This document shows, piece after piece, positions 51,301-64,000 of a stretch of DNA of 64,000 nt; within the stretch, counting starts at the first letter, position 1, and each line of letters starts with the position of its first letter. The position numbers were made by a program, and so were the translations under genes. Under the pieces are notes generated by a model. The model was not told where the DNA came from. It did no database searches and saw only the letters and a program-made list of their open reading frames with translations. This stretch comes from Octopus sinensis (Eukaryota). The stretch is from positions 51,088,001 to 51,152,000 of the forward strand of contig NC_043005.1 of the NCBI RefSeq assembly GCF_006345805.1. The letters are read 5' to 3'.

Positions 51301-51457
51301 AGCTACTTACCACACAGCCATTCCTACGCCTCTAGCTACTTACCACACAGCCACTCCTACGCCTATGTTTATAATTAAATATTAGGAATCATATCAAAAA
51401 ATGTTCGAATATTTAGTGTAGAAATATAACTAATTTATTGTAGATAAATTTTGACTA

Positions 51458-51963
51458 CCGTAAATTCTCGAGTATATTCTGCATTTTTTCCCAAAATTTA
51501 AAGGTCAAAATCCCTTGTGCGTACTATATACGAGGTTAAAAATTACAAATATTTTTAAGCCATGTCCGAGTCTCTATTTGCTGTCTGGCAATGTTTTTTT
51601 CAGGCGCATTTAGTGATGTAGGGTGCGAAAATACCTTAAGCTAAGCCTGAAAGCAATGAAGAATCATCTATAACTTGCAGTAAGCAACATTTATTAAAAT
51701 AAAAGTATTCAGAACACAGAATAACATGTGACAAAAACAATTTGCAAGCATATTTACATTCCCATATAACAGTTAAGAACATCACCATTATTGTATTACG
51801 CATAAGTGTTCGTTAGACTAGGTGCTGCTGGCTTAATTACGCACGACTCAAGTTAGAGATGGGGTGCGTATTACACAAAATGTTTAGATTTTTCAGAGGT
51901 ATAAACCACTAAAAATCCCCTGCGTATTATACTCAAGGGCGGACTATATTCGAGGATTTACGG
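51458..51963. mobile_element. Tc2/pogo-like MITE
   Basis: TA-ccgtaaattctcgagtata ... tatattcgaggatttacgg-TA, with subterminal tgcgtattatac repeats. Confidence 0.8.
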
Positions 51964-52992
51964 TACTCTTAAATCTCATATGAACCCAACGTTGAGAACC
52001 ACTATCGTGCATCATTGAGATGGATACAGAGAATGAGCAGGTACTGTGTACAGTCGAAGCCGGTGGGGAAGAAAAGAAAGACGAGACACCCAAGAATTAG
52101 AAATGAACCTAAAGGAAGCGAGTAGAAAGTGCAAAGAGGACTTATCTTCTAATGCGAAATTACGAAGCTGACAGCTGTAGGACTACCCGAAAGAACTGGG
52201 GGGGGACACAAATTTATAAAGAGATTAAAAAAATTTTTTTTAGTTGTTATAGTCATTGGACTGCAGCCATTCCGGGACATTGCTTTGACGGGTTTAGTCA
52301 TACCAATCGACCCTAGTACATATTTTTTTTCAAAGTCAGTCTGCTTTTTATTCTATCGGTCTCATTTACTGAAGTGCTAAGTTACTGGGCCGTAAACAAA
52401 CTAACACCGGTTGTCAACCGTTCGGACATACATGTGCATGTGCACACACACACACACACACACACACATTTATGCTTTGGGCCTTCACACGGTTTGCCTC
52501 TACCAAAGTCACCCAGTCACCCACAAGGTATTGATCGCCTCGGGGCTATCGTAGAAAATACTTCTTCTAGGTGCCGTGTAGTGGGACAGAACCCAAAATC
52601 ACGGTGTTGCAAACCGAGCTTCTTAAGCACATAGCCACATAAATTTGCACTTTTGCGAGGAGATGCCGCATAATTTTATGGAGACTAGGTTTGTTACAAG
52701 GTTTTATAAAGTGTTTTATGTTAATCGCCTAATCGACACATGAGTTACATACGGAAAATTTAGAGTCTAAACACATCGAGTACCTCTGAAGAGTAAACAA
52801 ACGGGTAAGGTGGTGGTTAATGTTGTAGCACACTTTAACATTAGCCAAGGTAAAGACATTTTTACGGGAATATGGGTGGGTTCTCTATTATTTGTTTTGT
52901 ATTTGTACTTACATTTTTGTGTTTTAATTATATCTGATGATATAATTAAATTAAAATTTAAGTACATCAAGAAATATAAAATATTTACATAT

Positions 52993-53162
52993 GGCGCAGG
53001 CGTGTCTATGTGATAAGAAGCTTGCTTCCCAACTATATATTCTGGGTTCAGTCCCACTGCATAAACATCTTGGGCAAGCGTCTTCTACTATAGCCCTATA
53101 GCCTCGGGCCGACCATAGCCTTGTGAGTGGATTTGGTAGATGGAAACTGAAAGAAACCCGTC

Positions 53163-53217
<55 letters not shown>

Positions 53218-53241
53218 CATATATATATATATTATATATAT

Positions 53242-53273
<32 letters not shown>

Positions 53274-53525
53274 ATATATATATATATTATATATATATAT
53301 ATTATACATATATATATATATATGTATATATATATATGAATACGTGTCTTTGTATCTGTGTTTGTCCACCACCGTCACTTGATAACCGATGTTGATGTGT
53401 TTATGTCCCTGTAATTAGCGGTTCGGCAAAAGGGATGATAGAATAAGTACCAAGCGTACGAAGAATAAGTCCTGGGTCGATTTCTTCGACTAAAAGCCGG
53501 TGTTCCGGCATTGCTGCAGTCAAAT
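52993..53525 (+). mobile_element. SINE family C, full-length example with a central microsatellite. At least 14 further whole or half copies, e.g. 6575-6785, 13855-14015, 24905-25085, 29690-30040, 32195-32670, 34735-34920, 49265-49690, 49715-50095, 50560-51365, 52240-52640, 55640-55860, 56645-56975, 59105-59310, 61425-61540
   Basis: Head ggcgcagg...tgtgataagaagcttg...gggttcagtccc; body 'gccttgtgagtggatttggtaga.ggaaactgaaagaa.cccgtcg'; (TA)n; then 'ttagcggttcggcaaaag...gcagtcaaatgactgaaacaagtaaaag'. Confidence 0.85.
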
Positions 53526-54406
53526 GACTGAAACAAGTAAAAGAATATGTAATTTTATAACATTACATTTTAATATATTATATATTTTATGGCGCCGAGC
53601 AGGCAGAATCTTCAGCATGCCTGGTAAAATGCTTTGTGGCATTTCATCTCATCCGTCTTTATCTTCTGAATTCAAATACCGCCGAAGTCGACTTTGCCAT
53701 TCGTGCTTTCAAGATCGATAAAATAAACATCAGTTGAGCATTGGGTTAATGTGTAATCGACTTACCTTCTGTGTCAAAATTACTGCCCTTGGGGCAACAT
53801 TTGAAACCAAAGTATTATACAACATTCATGGGTTTTTATATAACTATGTACATACGCCTCCACAGATCTTTGTTTTCCCACGCGTTATTTAATGAGGCAC
53901 ACGAAAGGCCTAAATTGAATTATTTTTATAATCAATATTCTGTATAATCAATATTCCCGCCCAACATATTGTCTCTACAATGATCTCTATTCATAAGCAA
54001 GCCACGCATACACACACACGCACACAAATACACGCACTCACACACAAGCACATACCTATACAGACACTGAAACACACACACACAGACATACACACATACA
54101 TATATACGGTGTATGTATATGGTTTTGCGTATATATTTGTATATATATGTGTATATATATTTACATATACATTTCAGTTTTTACCTGAGAATAAAATCTT
54201 GTATAGGAAAGACCTCCCTATACCATTAAACCTTGCACTGGAGGCAAGGTTTGATGGTATTCAACAACCGAATATTACAGCCATTCTGAATATCTTCAGG
54301 AATATAAAGAATATATCCTTGTTTTCACCAAATCAAAAGCAGAATAGCAAAATTCTTCCGATCATTTGTATCATTAGACGTATGTATTTTGCTATGACAT
54401 TACAGG

Positions 54407-54796
54407 AAAGCTAAACAAGATCTCATTAGTGACCCACGTACGTACATAAATACATAGATGTATATATTCATACGTACGTACATAAATACATACTTAAAAC
54501 AAAACATACAAATCTGCACATACACATACATACAAACAAAAATGCCCTGCTGCTGTTGTTGAAATTCCAATGAAGAAGCTGTGTATCTTGGTTCAAAACC
54601 AACTCTTTCTCTATAGGCAAGAAATCTTGAAATAAAACTGAATAATGACATACATACATACACACACATACATACATACATACATACACATACATACATA
54701 CATACATACATACATACATACATACATACATACATACATACATACATACATACATAAACATCGACAGACAAACATCCTCGCTTGTCATATTTGGGC
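54407..54796 (+). repeat. Composite segment duplicated at 57202-57656
   Basis: Both copies run from aaagctaaacaaga to gtcatatttgggc, differing in (CATA)n length and a few substitutions. Confidence 0.95.
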
Positions 54797-55160
54797 AAGT
54801 ACTTCATCTAGTCCCTTAGATCTCCTTGACCGAGTTTAGAAGCAAGTCTCTAGTTTGACTGGTCCCTCTTTTGCTTCAACTCTGCAACTCTTTCCACAGT
54901 AATGTGACGTCGGTAGTCTTAGTCTTTTCAACGGTTATTGTCTCAGATCATGTTGCACCATCTCGCCTGACACGTAACTCGCAGCCTTTTCACCTAAATG
55001 CTGTTTTACTTCCACAAATAAGGAAATCTCTCTACGGTCGTAGCTTTTTTTCTCGATCTGCCAGGCTCTGGTACTCTCTTCCAGCTCATTGTTTTCCTTC
55101 TTACTTTGACCTGATCTCTTTCAAGTCTAAAGTAATTTCATTTCTTTCGCCTTAATTTCC
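54780..55160 (+). mobile_element. L2/CR1-type LINE 3' fragment
   Basis: CHIWASTSSSPLDLLDRV..; SFFSRSARLWYSLPAHCFP..DLISFKSKV. Confidence 0.75.
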
Positions 55161-55711
55161 CCCTTCTTCATAGACCCTCACACTATGTTGCTGCCGCCCT
55201 ATTTAGGACTTTCTTGAAAAGTTTGTCTCAAAAGTGGCAAGGAAGACAACTCCCGATTTTCCAATTGGCTAAAATTGAAATGAAAATATACAGTGGAGAA
55301 TTTGATTTATGATAAATATCTTAAAAACTTCAGATCTGTTTTACTCTTATCTGACCATTTCAGCAAAGCATAGTCAGCACTTCAGAATGAATAATAGAGT
55401 TCTTTGTGGGATTCACTTATTGAGACCCATATCAATACCTCCTCTCCGATGCACGAAGAGATTAGAGGCTGATAAAAATTCATAGTGTACCCAAAATCGT
55501 GCATAGCCGAACAAGTCTGGTTTTGCTTCTTTTTCTCTTTCTTTTTTTTTCATAACTTGGTTAACTTGTTAACTAATTCCACACATTTTACTGGATAAGT
55601 AAATTTAATGTGGTCTTAGGTTTTATCCCACTGTGTATCTTCTAATATAGCACTGGGCTGACCAAAGTCTTTTGAGTGGATTTGGTAGACAGAAACTGAA
55701 ACTCTGTGTGC

Positions 55712-55760
<49 letters not shown>

Positions 55761-56268
55761 TCTTTGCATCTATGTTTGTGCGTCTGTGTTGTGCTTGTCC
55801 TCCACCACTATCTAACAACCAGTTGTTCAGGAAAGAGACTGATTGAATAACTGCCACACTTTAAAAATAGGTAATGAAATCCATTTATTCCAGTAGACCC
55901 TTCCACTAACTGAAGCAAGCCAAAGATAAAGACATACACATACCATTGTGAGCAACATGCAATTTCTGTCCTTTGAGAAATATGCATCTTATACCTCTGT
56001 ATTGTATATACAAATCTCGCCACAATGACCAAGATGGGTATTCCTTCTCTGATGATAGTTTAAGGGAACTTGAAACTTGTCAGATCGATTACACTTCTGG
56101 CTACAAAGAATTCAATCACTTTCTTTAGTTTTCAAAGAGATGCTATTGCTGTATGCTTATTGAATAAAAAGGATACCTTATATTAATCAAAAATTACCCC
56201 CAAACTGCTGTGTAGTGAATGAATATTTCTTAAATATATACACGTCTGTGTGCGTGTGTGTGTGTGCG

Positions 56269-56302
<34 letters not shown>

Positions 56303-56510
56303 TCTCTCTCTCTCTCTTTTTGTTTGCATTTCGGAGCCCCTCTCCCACATCTTGACACTCGTGGAAAATGTTGATATATTTGGGAAGTCCTTCGCCAGGT
56401 AATCTTTTTCTCTTAAATATCAGAAAACCAGCTGTTAATTGAGAATGCAGGGGAATGTTAAGTTATGGGTGCTTAACGAACAACGTATATGTGTGCGTGT
56501 GTGCGCGCGC

Positions 56511-56555
<45 letters not shown>

Positions 56556-56711
56556 TATATATATATATATTCAGATTTATATATTTATATACTTATTTAT
56601 TTATATGTATATACATATATACATATAGTGAAAGCGTCTTCTCCTGTAGCCTCGGGCTGACCAAAGACTTGTGAGTTAATTTCTTAGACGGAAACTGAAT
56701 GAAGCCCGTCG

Positions 56712-56756
<45 letters not shown>

Positions 56757-56980
56757 GTGGGTGTTGTGTATTTGCGTCTGTGTTTGTTCCCCAACACTGC
56801 TTGACAACTGGTGTTGATGTGTTTACGTCCTGTAACAACGGTTCAGTAAAAGAGATCGATAGAATAAGTAACAGGCTTTAAAAAAAAGGATTGGGATCGA
56901 TTCATTCAGATAAAACTTCTTCAAGACGATGCCCCAGTGTAGCCGCAGTCTAATTTTATCTAAAAGATAAAAGATATCTA

Positions 56981-58761
56981 CAAGGTGTCCCAAAGAAATG
57001 TACTCATATTTTGACACTCCGTAACTCACTGAATTTTTCGTTTCTTTTCAGATCAATTTGACCCTAATAATGGCTGAAGTACGACTAAGTTTTGAAGCAG
57101 GAAAATTTATCATAAATTGCTATTGAAAGCATGAAAATATTGTGGAAGTGCAAAGACAACTTAGAAAACATTTTCACAAAGTTTCACCAACGCGACACAC
57201 CAAAGCTAAACAAGAACTCATTAGTGACCCACGTACGTACATAAATACATAGATGCATATATTCATACGTACGTACATAAATACATATATAAAACAAAAC
57301 ATACAAATATGCACATACACATACATACAAACAAAAATGCCCTGCTGATGTTGTTGAAATTCCAATGAAGAAGCCGTGTATCTTGGTTCGAAACCAACTC
57401 TTTCTCTATAGGCAAGAAATCTTGAAATAAAACTGAATAATGACATACATACATACATACACATACATACATACATACATACATACATACATACACATGC
57501 ATACATAATACATACATACACATACATACATACATACATACATACATACATACATACATACATACATACATACATACATACATACATACATAAATATATA
57601 CATACATACATACATAAACATAGACAGACAAACATCCTCGCTAGTCATATTTGGGCTCGCATACAAGATAAATTCGAATCAGATGGAACTGTGTATAACG
57701 TCCATAAAGAGCGTTCAGGAAGACCACGATCATCAACCTGCCTCACAAAGAAAGAACAATTCTTGGAAACCCTCCGGCAATCCCCACAGAAATCTATACG
57801 ACAAATAGCTTGTGAGACGGCAATCCCAAAATCAAGCGCCCATTGCATTTTAAAGCTAATTGGTTGGAAATGTTACACTTCAACATTAATCCACGCACTA
57901 AATGAAGACGATCCTGACCGGAGAGTTGCATTTTGCAAATGGTACCTGGGAAAATGCGAGGAAGATACAGCATTTACAACCAAAATTGTTTGGACTGATG
58001 AGGCCAGTTTTAAGTTAATGGCTCGATTAACTGACACAATTGCACCTACTGCGCTCCTGAAAAGCCGCATGTTACTATGGAACACTATTTGAACTTACCA
58101 GGTGTTACAGTGCGGTGTGGAATATCAGCATTGAGTATCCTAAGGCCATTCTTTTTTTGTCCGAACTGTCACTGGTGATACTTACCTAAACTTGCAACAA
58201 GAATCCGTCGTTCAAAGCGACGAAGAGTTGCTTGGTGACGAAGAGATTTACTTTCAGTAAGATGGAGCATCTCTCCACTACTATCGTTATGTAAGGGCCT
58301 ATCTCGATGCAAGTTTGCCGAACAGATGGAGTGGGCGAAGAGGTAGTCATGTATGTCCTGCGCGTTCACCAGACCTCACTTCAATGGACTTCTTTTTATG
58401 GGGATTTCTCAAAGATAAGGTTTACCGCTCAAAACCAGCAACAGTCGATGGGCTGAGAGAGGAAATTGAAAGAATGTCTTGCAGTTCCAAATAAAATGAT
58501 TCGTACCGTTTTTGAGTCAATTGATCCATAGTATCAACTGTTTGGAGAGCGGTGGTCGTCAGTTTGAATATTTATAGAAATGCACTTATCCATTTTGCGT
58601 TTAACCATTGATCATTGTCAATAAACAATGTATATATTGTCATTTAAAGAGTGCATTTTTTGACAATGTATTTGTAAATTTGAACCATTAATATTGTTTC
58701 TAAGTCAATAAACACTGAAATAATTATTTAAAGTGTGAGTACATTTTTGAGGAATGCCCTG
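56981..58761 (+). mobile_element. Tc1/mariner transposon, DD41D (rosa/Visitor) type, defective
   Basis: TA-flanked TIRs caaggtgtcccaaagaaatgtactca / tgagtacatttttgaggaatgccctg. RSGRPRS, WTDEASF, DGASLHY...PARSPDLTSMDFFLWG, with 41 aa between D2 and D3. Confidence 0.9.
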
Positions 58762-59391
58762 TATATAAACCTATCGACTTTTCATCTATCTGTCTATATT
58801 GCTATCGACCCATTTATCTGTCTGTCTAACCACCCACCCAGCTATCTACTTTTATACTTATTTCTATATCAATATACATTTTATACATTCAAAACTTGAA
58901 GAAAATGTTTAACCTTTGAAATTTTTAAATACTTATATTCACGAACATTTAACGGTTTATATCCATGATATATATTTAAAAAATGCTTTGTATCAGTCGC
59001 TCTCAAAGCGGTCGGTATTGCCCCCGTGGGGGCAGTGGAAAGGTCCACAGACCATCCCATTATTTGGGATGAATGGATGTAAGATAAAACAGAATAATGA
59101 GTTAATTATTTCTTTTATTCTTTTACTTTTTTCAGTCATTTGACTGCGGCCATGCAGGAGCACCGCCTTTAGTCGAACAAATCGAGCCCAGGATTTATTC
59201 TTTGTAAGCCTAGTACTTATTATACCAGTCACTTTTGCTGAACCGCAAAGTTACGGGGACGTAAGCACACCAACAACGGTTGTCAAGCGATGGTAGGGGG
59301 ACAAAGACATACAAATATATACATACATACATACATGCATGCATGCATGCATACATACATACATACATACATACATACATACATACATACA

Positions 59392-59483
<92 letters not shown>

Positions 59484-60264
59484 AAATAAAATACAAAATA
59501 GGACAAGAACGCAAAACACCCGGACACCAGGTGATGCAAAAATGGACAACAAAACATCCAGATAGACGATACAAAGAAACACGGACGGGTCATGCGAAGC
59601 CTTTTATCTTCAGTCAAGAACCGGATCATCTTCGCAATTTCGGCTGATTAATCTTGAGATTGCTCTAATCTGGCCAGCCCCAAGGAAAAACTAAGCATTA
59701 GATTCCTTGGAAAAAAGCATCGAATGTATACGAAACAAGGACGGGAAAAAAGATGATGTTACACGAATATAAATACAAAATGACAATAAAAAATACAATA
59801 AAAGACAATAATAATAATAATAACAGACATCTTTCGACTGCGGACGAATTGAATTCAGCTGGCGTGTGTGGAAATGAAGCCTTACGGCAGAGGGACGAAT
59901 ATCGATGTGGTAGTGACCGTGGTCAGACGCAAAAAGGGCTAGCAGTCGGTCAACGGTCACGTGAGAAGAGAGAGAAAAAGAGGAACAAAGGAATTAAGGA
60001 GAGGAAGAAGAGAGAGCGAGAGAGAGAGAGTGAGAGCGAGAGAGAGCGTGTAGAAGTAGATAGACGGAAGAATCAAGGAGTGGTGAGAAAAAAAGAGAGA
60101 GACAGGGACATAGTGAGGTACAAAGTGAGTAAGAAAGGCAACGAAATGTGAGAGAGAGGGGGCAGAAAGAGTTCTAAAAGTCGTACAAAATTTAGTGGAA
60201 TGTGTACTTACATATAAGAGAACAAAGTGTATGTACGCTGCTATATATATATACATATACATAC

Positions 60265-60594
<330 letters not shown>

Positions 60595-60602
60595 TATATA
60601 TA

Positions 60603-61055
60603 TCATCATTCATCATTGTTCGACCGTGGTCGAGACAATGGAATTTACCATTACGCCAGACTACACGGTCCATCATGGCATTACGGAGGTCCTGTTGCTG
60701 GATACCTGGAGATTACATCAGGGTAGGAAAGTGTGCGCCCCCTGGTACTGCGAGTAGATGGCTTCCAGAGGAGAAGAGTAGAAATTGCCTCGTTTTCAGC
60801 TCTACAACAATGTCCAGCAAACTGGACTCTCCTACCTTTCACAAGAGATGACACAGGTGGTGGTTTTCCATATATTTGCATTTTGGTTGGATGACGCTTC
60901 CACGAGAAATTTTGAGCTCTCATAAGGAGCCTCTCAAGCTTCTTTGATAACGTCCAGGTTTCTGAGCCATATAGTAGATTTGGTTCGACTGTGGCTTTGA
61001 AGATTTCAAGTTTGAAGTCTCTACTTAGATTTGATCACCAGATCTTATGCATGTC
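60603..61055 (-). mobile_element. RTE-type LINE 3' fragment
   Basis: Minus strand: LKLEIFKATVEPNLLYGSETWTL..RRVQFAGHCCRAENEAISTLLLWKP..RGR, with a (GAT)n-like tail. Confidence 0.8.
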
Positions 61056-61382
61056 ATATATATATATATAGCGGCGTACGTACACTTTGTTCTCTTATAT
61101 ATATATATCCTATATTCTACCAATGCCTTCTGACTGCACCTCTCCTTCACGGATCAAAGTAACTTTGTTATTGAAGCGATATCCTTAAAATATACCACGA
61201 CGTCTATACATTTTTAACATTTTTTTCTCTCCTTGTTTCTTTTCTGTGTATCTTTCTATCGAAGAGCGTAGGCTCGAAACGTAAAAGACTTGTTTTATTT
61301 ATATTCCTGAGCGCCATACTAATACATTATTTGTTTGTACTCCACCTGCCTTCGTCTTTTGTTTATTTTCGTAAACCTTCCG

Positions 61383-61424
<42 letters not shown>

Positions 61425-61884
61425 GACGTCTTCTTTTAGTTTCCGTCTACCAAATCCACTCACGAGGCTTTGGTCGGCTTGAGGCTATAGTAGGTTCAAT
61501 TCCACACTCGGAACCACGCATTCATTTCTGCGCCTATAGGTTAAGTTTTATTTGAGGAGTGTTAAACACTTTCGGTATGCAAATTAAGGACTCCTTCATA
61601 GAGTAACTGCTGCTTTTGTTGAGTATATAAACAGTTTGGCTACTTGTTTCTCTGGAGATTGTCAGAATGATGTAGACGTCTCTGATGGGAACCTATTAAA
61701 GGTTGAAAATCGACTCTCTCTCTTTTACTCTTTTACTTATAGAGTTATTAGAAAGGAACTCTATCTCTCTTTAAAAAATATCTTTTGATAAGCATAACAA
61801 ATGCGCAACCAGTAAAAAGAACTTTCACCTAATTAAATACACCCTCCTTACTTAAATTATTTTGTCAGCATTTTCTTCATTTCC

Positions 61885-61955
<71 letters not shown>

Positions 61956-61958
<3 letters not shown>

Positions 61959-63231
61959 GGGTTGGACAAAATAATGGAAACACCTTAGAATTTCAAACAA
62001 ATTAATTTTAATATGGGGTAAGACCGCCTTTGGCAGTAATTACAGCTTCAATTCTACGAGGTATAGAATCGTACAAAGTTTGAATTGTTTCCAAAGGAAT
62101 TTTTGTCCATTTTTCAGCTAAAACAGTCTCCAGTTTCTGTAGTGATAATGGTGGAGGATATCGACTCCTTACTTGTTTTTCTAAAATGCACCATAAATGT
62201 TCAATAATATTGAGATCTGAGGACTGTGGTGGCTGCATAAGATGTTCAACATCACTAGAATTTTCCTCCGGCCATTCAGTAACAACTTTAGCTGTGTGAA
62301 TTAGTGCATTATCATCCTGAAAGACTACGTTTCCCTCCGGAAACAGTTCTGCAACCATAGGATGAATTTGATCGGACAAAATGCTTAAATGGTCTTGACT
62401 ATCAATTCTTCCATGAAGGGAAACAATTGGACCGGCAGATTTCTAAGATATAACCCCCCACCTAGATCATTACAGATCCTCTTCCATGTTTAACAGTTGG
62501 AAGAAGGCAGTCTGGGTCAAATGGTTCTTTTGACTGTCTCCACACGTATACTCGGCCGGTGATTGGAAATAAGGTAAAGGATAACTCGTCCGGGAAAATA
62601 ATTCTTTCACTTCTCTAGGGACCAATTCTGTAAGATTTTTCTCCACTCTAAACGCTTTGGCACGTTTGTTTTTGAAAGTTGTAGTTTTCTGATTGCAGCG
62701 CTGCCGTGAAATCCGGCTTTGTGCATCTCTCGGCGAACGGTTTTTGTGGAAACTGGGTTCTCGAGGTGGTCATTAAGCTCTGCAGTAATTTTGTGAGCTG
62801 TACTTTTGTGATCCTTTCTAACAATTTGCATAAGAATCCGACTGTCCCTGTCTGAAAATTTTGGTTTTCTCCCGGAGTTTTGTTTCGATGAGGAGGTTTT
62901 TTCCTCTTTCTCAAAGGGTGCCGTTACTTTCGAGAAAGTACTTCTTGATACACTAAATATTCCGGCTGTTTTCGTTGCGCTAGCGCCTGCCATACGAGCA
63001 CCAACAATTTGACCTTTTTGAAAGTCCGGTAGATTTGTTATTTCAATAAATTTTAATCACCTTTTCTGATGATATCTGAAAAGAAACAGCAATTTTAGCA
63101 AAATATATTAAGCAACACTAATAACAAATAAAAAAAAACGTAAAAATAAAGAAGCTCTTGACGGTTTTCTAGATATTTCAAAATTACAATGTTATGATGC
63201 TAGGTGTTTCCATTATTTTGCCCGACCCCTG
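61956..63231 (-). mobile_element. Tc1-like transposon, DD36E (Incomer) spacing, defective
   Basis: TA-flanked TIRs caggggttggacaaaataatggaaacacct / aggtgtttccattattttgcccgacccctg. SGRKPK; FQDDNALIH...SSDLNIIEHLW, with 36 aa between D and E. Confidence 0.92.
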
Positions 63232-63496
63232 TATATATACATATAGATGAGTGTGTGTCTGTGTACATGTGTGTATATGCGCGTGTGTGCATAAATGTAT
63301 ATTTAATCAGTATATTTTCTATATGTTTATTAATCCCTATATTCTCCTACACAAAAAACTACCTTTAGATCTTCATATCAATCTCCCTATAATCTAGCTA
63401 TCAATCAGTCTATCTATATATCTGTCTATCTATCTATCGACCAATCAGTTATCCCTTTTTTTTATTGGCGTTCTTCTCCACCCCTTCTCTCTCTTA

Positions 63497-63578
63497 GAAG
63501 AAGAAGAAGAGAAGAAGAAGAAGAAGAAGAAGAAGAAGAAGAAGAAGGAGGAGGAGGAGGAGGAGGAGGAGGAGGAGA
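63497..63578. repeat. (GAA)n(GGA)n polypurine tract
   Basis: ~80 nt of uninterrupted purines on the + strand. Confidence 0.95.
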
Positions 63579-64000
63579 ATGATATTTAAGAATGAAAATT
63601 TAGGGACAATTTATGTAATAAAATAAAAGTTGTTTTCTTCTTTAGTAAAAACATAATTTGAAATATCGATTTTAGTAATCGAAGTAAAAATAAGAAAACG
63701 TCATCTTCTGAGTAAAAACCTGCACACCCAAATATCGATTATGTCAAAATTACGAAATTCCAGATGTAATCGTTTATGTGTGTGACACCTGTTGAGTTTG
63801 TTGTGTAGATGCATATAGGTCTTCGAATTTCTAATGATTTTCTTTTTCTGTATGTTTTCTGTTTTTAGTTTCTTTAATTGGTTGTTGATTTTCGCTTTAT
63901 GTCTGGGAACCGTTGAAATATTTTTGCTACCATGAAATGTCATCAATGACTTTGTTGACAGATGTAAGCCAATGATAATTGTATTTTCTTTTAGACTTCC

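Larger units (their letters stand above)
50468..52003. mobile_element. hAT-like MITE shell containing a nested SINE and a second MITE
   Basis: Ends cagtgtttcccaacc (50468) / gttgagaaccact (~52002). Confidence 0.55.

Noticed and set aside
55940-56101. Possible minus-strand exon (ttctttgtag|...caatg|gtatgt), with similar candidates near 54194-54246 and 55420-55470
   Set aside because: No frame is open from the good acceptor to the donor, and the peptides are unrecognisable. A host gene with long introns cannot be excluded.
63497-63578. Triplex/H-DNA potential of the (GAA)n(GGA)n tract
   Set aside because: The sequence property is real but commonplace in such genomes, and there is no sign of function here.

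Overview
Repeat-saturated, AT-rich animal genomic DNA. The SINE families and microsatellite load resemble octopus (coleoid cephalopod) DNA; this is an inference from recognition, not a search. No host protein-coding gene could be supported, and most ORFs in the track are microsatellite or antisense artefacts. Recognisable content: a decayed near full-length Tx1/L1-clade LINE (6.8-12.0 kb); a Ty3/gypsy LTR element with both LTRs (35.2-40.1 kb); an R4/Dong-type RT-RLE element in (AAT)n (45.1-48.0 kb); Penelope-like GIY-YIG remnants; CR1/L2 and RTE tails; Tc1/mariner elements with DD34D, DD37D, DD41D and DD36E spacing; a Chapaev-like transposase relic; Helitron-derived elements; MITEs; and three tRNA-type SINE families. 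Most interesting: (1) a possible Tx1-LINE/SINE partnership with a shared 3' tail and a shared CTTAG^CGGT target, which could make the SINE insert into itself and form concatemers; (2) several minimal hammerhead-ribozyme motifs tied to Penelope-like repeats and fold-back palindromes; (3) a 422-bp, ~63% GC foreign-looking insert inside a SINE; (4) a locally templated 0.45-kb insertion into a transposase; (5) a cryptic 27-bp satellite hosting two mariners that share a stop codon. Coordinates were read by eye and may be off by a few bases.
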